Assembly (NCBI GenBank): GCA_045863295.1 | Contig: BTWA01000013.1 | Location: forward strand, 1 to 64,000 | DNA: 64,000 bases | From: Candidatus Hydrogenedentota bacterium | GTDB lineage: Bacteria > Hydrogenedentota > Hydrogenedentia > Hydrogenedentales > SLHB01 | Reading direction: 5' to 3' | Position numbers and translations under genes: made by a program | Notes under the pieces: generated by a model | Databases searched by the model: none | What the model saw: the letters and a program-made list of their open reading frames with translations, nothing else | Told to the model about the DNA's origin: nothing | In this document: positions 61,171-64,000 of the stretch, piece by piece | Position numbering within the stretch: position 1 is the stretch's first letter | Layout: each line of letters starts with the position of its first letter

Positions 61171-62601
61171 ATGAGTTCGGCCAACGAAGTTTTCGATCGC
61201 CTGGAATCTGCCATAGACGCCTGGAATGATGAGTTAAACACGGTCTATGGGCGGCTCACCGAGCGCATTAACCAAGCGCGGGACCGCATCCACGAGCACT
61301 CGGCCGAGAGGCAACTGTTGGCCGAGGCCGGGGACGTGTTGGAAGACAGCCGCGCGCAGTTGCAGGAGGTCAAGGCTGCCGCGGAGGCTTGCGCGCAGGC
61401 GGCACGGGACGCGGCGGCTCAAGCACAGGCCGCGCAGGACGCGGTGGAATCGTTGCGGCACGAGTTGCGTGAATTGGCCAGCCAACCTGCTGTGCCGGCT
61501 GTTGATGAAGAACGCTTAAGCCGGCTCCGCGCCGAGATTCTCGAGGCGATGCCGCCCAGTGCGGCAGTTGTCGATGAAGAGCGCCTGAGCCGGTTTCGAT
61601 CCGAGATTCTGGAGTCAATTCCTGCCTCGCCGGAGATACCCACGCAAGATATTGAACGCCTAGAGCGCGCGATGGACGATGTGCGCGAGGAATTGAACCG
61701 GCTTGGGGATCAACCCGCGGTTCCGGTTTGGGACGCCAACATGCTTGAGGCCTTGAAGGCCGACTTGGGTGTCGGTGTCCCCGCCGGAAATTCAGCGGAA
61801 CTGCCGTTGCAGGAATTGCGGAAGGAGGTTCACGATCTCCAGGAATTGTTGTCGTCGGCCATGCTTTCAGGCATGGATGTGTTGCGCGCGGAGGTGCGCG
61901 AAATCCGTGGCAGCATGGCGAGTCAGTTCGAGGAAGTCCGGCAAAGTATGGAAATGACCGCGCTGCCGGTCGAGCCGGATGGCTTGGACGACCTTGGCCG
62001 CGAATTGGCGCGATTGCGCGTCGAAGTAGAACGGCTTAAGTCACAGGGAGTGCCAGTATCCAGGTTTGACGATCTTCCTGAAGACGATAGCGAGCCGCTC
62101 ACGGCGCGTGAGGTGCCCCGTCGCGGGCTGGATCCGCATCACATTGAAGCATTATGGCCCGACGGTACGCGCAAACGCCTTGGAGAAATCTTACTGGGAG
62201 CATCTCTGGTAACCCAGGAACAAATGGACGCCGCGCTTTCCGTGCAGAAGCAGGATCCGCAACAACGGCTGGGCAACATACTGGTCAGCATGGGGTACGC
62301 GAAGGCGGACGAGATTGCACAGGTGTTGTCGTACCAATTGAAAGTGCCCTTTATTCGGCTGGATATCGAGCATCCTCACGATGACGCGGTGTCGCTGATT
62401 TCGAGCCGTCTGGCCCGCCACCACCATTGCATGCCGGTGAAATGCAACGACGACGAGTTGACGCTTGCGATGGCGAATCCACTTGACTTGATTGCGATTG
62501 AAGACGTGGAATTGGCCGCCAAGAGACGGGTGGAACCTGTGATAGCGAGCACGGAAGCGATTTCCAAGGCGCTGGACAAGCACTATCCGACGTACGTTTG
62601 A
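61171..62601 (+). CDS. Coiled-coil protein with C-terminal MshEN / GspE-N (c-di-GMP-binding type) domain, no ATPase
   Basis: RLGEILLGASLVTQEQMDAALSVQ...RLGNILVSMG tandem motif, LAMANPLDL; long heptad-rich N-terminus; GGGAGG RBS. Confidence 0.82.
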   Translation: MSSANEVFDRLESAIDAWNDELNTVYGRLTERINQARDRIHEHSAERQLLAEAGDVLEDSRAQLQEVKAAAEACAQAARDAAAQAQAAQDAVESLRHELRELASQPAVPAVDEERLSRLRAEILEAMPPSAAVVDEERLSRFRSEILESIPASPEIPTQDIERLERAMDDVREELNRLGDQPAVPVWDANMLEALKADLGVGVPAGNSAELPLQELRKEVHDLQELLSSAMLSGMDVLRAEVREIRGSMASQFEEVRQSMEMTALPVEPDGLDDLGRELARLRVEVERLKSQGVPVSRFDDLPEDDSEPLTAREVPRRGLDPHHIEALWPDGTRKRLGEILLGASLVTQEQMDAALSVQKQDPQQRLGNILVSMGYAKADEIAQVLSYQLKVPFIRLDIEHPHDDAVSLISSRLARHHHCMPVKCNDDELTLAMANPLDLIAIEDVELAAKRRVEPVIASTEAISKALDKHYPTYV

Positions 62602-62732
62602 CCGGTCTGTATCGCTGCGCATACCGCCGGTTGAAGCGAGGGGAGTCGATATCGGCGGCATTCGTCTGCTATTCTACTTTCTCACAACCGCAGCAACTCC
62701 TTGCCCACGAAGGACTAAGAACGGATAGAGCC

Positions 62733-64000
62733 ATGGAAAGCGCAGTAGCCGATCCCAAACAAACCAACCTATACAAGATACGCCATTCGCTGGCCCACAT
62801 TATGGCGCAGGCCGTGCTCGAGATCCGGCCTGATGCGAAGCTGGGCTTCGGTCCTCCGGTGGATTTTGGATTCTATTACGACTTCGATTTTGGCGATAAA
62901 CCGCTGCAGGAAGGCGATTTCGAAGATATAGAGAATCGGATGAAGCGGATTATCAAAGAACGTCAGGCATTCCAGCACCAATGGCGATCGCTGGACGAGG
63001 CCAAGGCGTTCCTGGGCCAGACGAAACAGCACTACAAAATCGAATATGCCGAGGAGCTGATCGAAACCGGCCGTGCAGGGAACGGGCAACTGGGTTTTTA
63101 CACGAACGGTCCTTTTACGGACATGTGCGAAGGCCCGCATTTAGAGCATACGGGACAGGTTCCGAAGGCGTGCTTCAAGATCGACCGCATGTCGGGCAGT
63201 TACTGGCGCGGGGACGAGAAGCGTCCAATGCTCACCCGGATATACGGGTTGGCATTCGAGACCGGCGACGAACTGAAGGATTACGTTCAGAAGCGTGAGT
63301 TGGCGCGTCAGCGCGACCACCGCAAATTGGGCGCGGAACTCGAACTATTCCTGCTGGATGACGAAGTGGGGCAGGGGTTGCCGTTGTGGCTGCCGAAAGG
63401 CGCCGTCATTCGAGATGAGCTTGAAGCGTGGGCCCGGGAGCAGGAGTTCCGGGCGGGGTATCAACGCGTTTCGACACCGGCGATAACCAAAGGCGAGTTG
63501 TACGTGAGGTCCGGTCACCTTGCGTACTACAAGGAATCCATGTTTCCGCCGATGGCCTGCGACGAAGAAGAAGAGTATTACCTGCGCCCGATGAACTGCC
63601 CTCACCATCACAAAGTGTACGGCGCGCGTCCGCGCAGTTACCGCGAATTGCCCTTGCGCCTTGCGGAATACGGTAATACCTATCGTTACGAGCGCAGTGG
63701 CACGCTGGCGGGCCTTCTGCGTGTGCGCGCCATGTGCATGAACGATGCGCACATCTACTGTGAACCGAGTCAGGTGAAAGACGAGTTCAAGGCAGTCATG
63801 GACATGTACCGCGAGTACTATGGCCACTTGCGGCTCGAAGGTTTCCGGGTTCGTCTGTCGTTGCATGCCAAAGACAAAGACAAGTATGTGGACAACGAGG
63901 GGGAATGGCTGCGATCCGAGGCGGCCGTGCGCGAAGTGCTGCAGGAATCGAACATCGATTTTGAAGAGGAGCAGGGCGAAGCGGCGTTTTACGGTCCCAA
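62733..64000 (+). CDS. thrS: Threonyl-tRNA synthetase (3' truncated by the window)
   Basis: Translation from ATG 62733 gives IRHSLAHIMAQAV, GFYYDF, DMCEGPH, YWRGDE, RDHRKLG, SGHL, LRPMNCPHH, RYERSG, GLLRVR, GEAAFYGP. Confidence 0.96.
   Translation, partial: MESAVADPKQTNLYKIRHSLAHIMAQAVLEIRPDAKLGFGPPVDFGFYYDFDFGDKPLQEGDFEDIENRMKRIIKERQAFQHQWRSLDEAKAFLGQTKQHYKIEYAEELIETGRAGNGQLGFYTNGPFTDMCEGPHLEHTGQVPKACFKIDRMSGSYWRGDEKRPMLTRIYGLAFETGDELKDYVQKRELARQRDHRKLGAELELFLLDDEVGQGLPLWLPKGAVIRDELEAWAREQEFRAGYQRVSTPAITKGELYVRSGHLAYYKESMFPPMACDEEEEYYLRPMNCPHHHKVYGARPRSYRELPLRLAEYGNTYRYERSGTLAGLLRVRAMCMNDAHIYCEPSQVKDEFKAVMDMYREYYGHLRLEGFRVRLSLHAKDKDKYVDNEGEWLRSEAAVREVLQESNIDFEEEQGEAAFYGP

Overview
High-GC (about 60% by eye) bacterial chromosomal segment from a diderm heterotroph; the gene content resembles Candidatus Hydrogenedentes/PVC-like genomes, but that is inference only. 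It carries: the end of a phage-tail-fibre-like gene, ahpCD, hydrolases, a GH42-like/nitrilase fusion, argS, pilC-like and PpiC genes, tRNA-Pro(TGG), a glycerol-phosphate surface-polysaccharide locus (wzx, asnB-like, DUF362, tagD, tagF-like, wzy/waaL, wzz, radical SAM), an ECF sigma/anti-sigma/DUF4097 operon, dnaK-dnaJ behind a sigma54-type promoter, a transsulfuration lyase, thiolase, galK, a sugar ABC ATPase, a three-gene phosphorelay, fba, a GT9, an Rrf2-linked sulfate uptake operon (porin-sbp-cysTWA), DUF1080, YihY, a stand-alone MshEN protein and the start of thrS. The main unexplained signal is a roughly 200-bp non-coding element present in three copies (about 620-767, 39884-40084, 47816-48045). 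It has TA-flanked imperfect terminal inverted repeats, an internal inverted copy of one end, a covarying inner stem, and one copy sits on the galK stop codon, which suggests a MITE or structured-RNA family. Other leads are a possibly leaderless Cys-tailed uORF ahead of the sulfate operon, an SOS-box-like operator on a small orphan gene, a monocistronic 40-aa peptide with a structured leader, a GGA-rich tract ending in an orphan terminator, and an archaeal-looking ArgRS.
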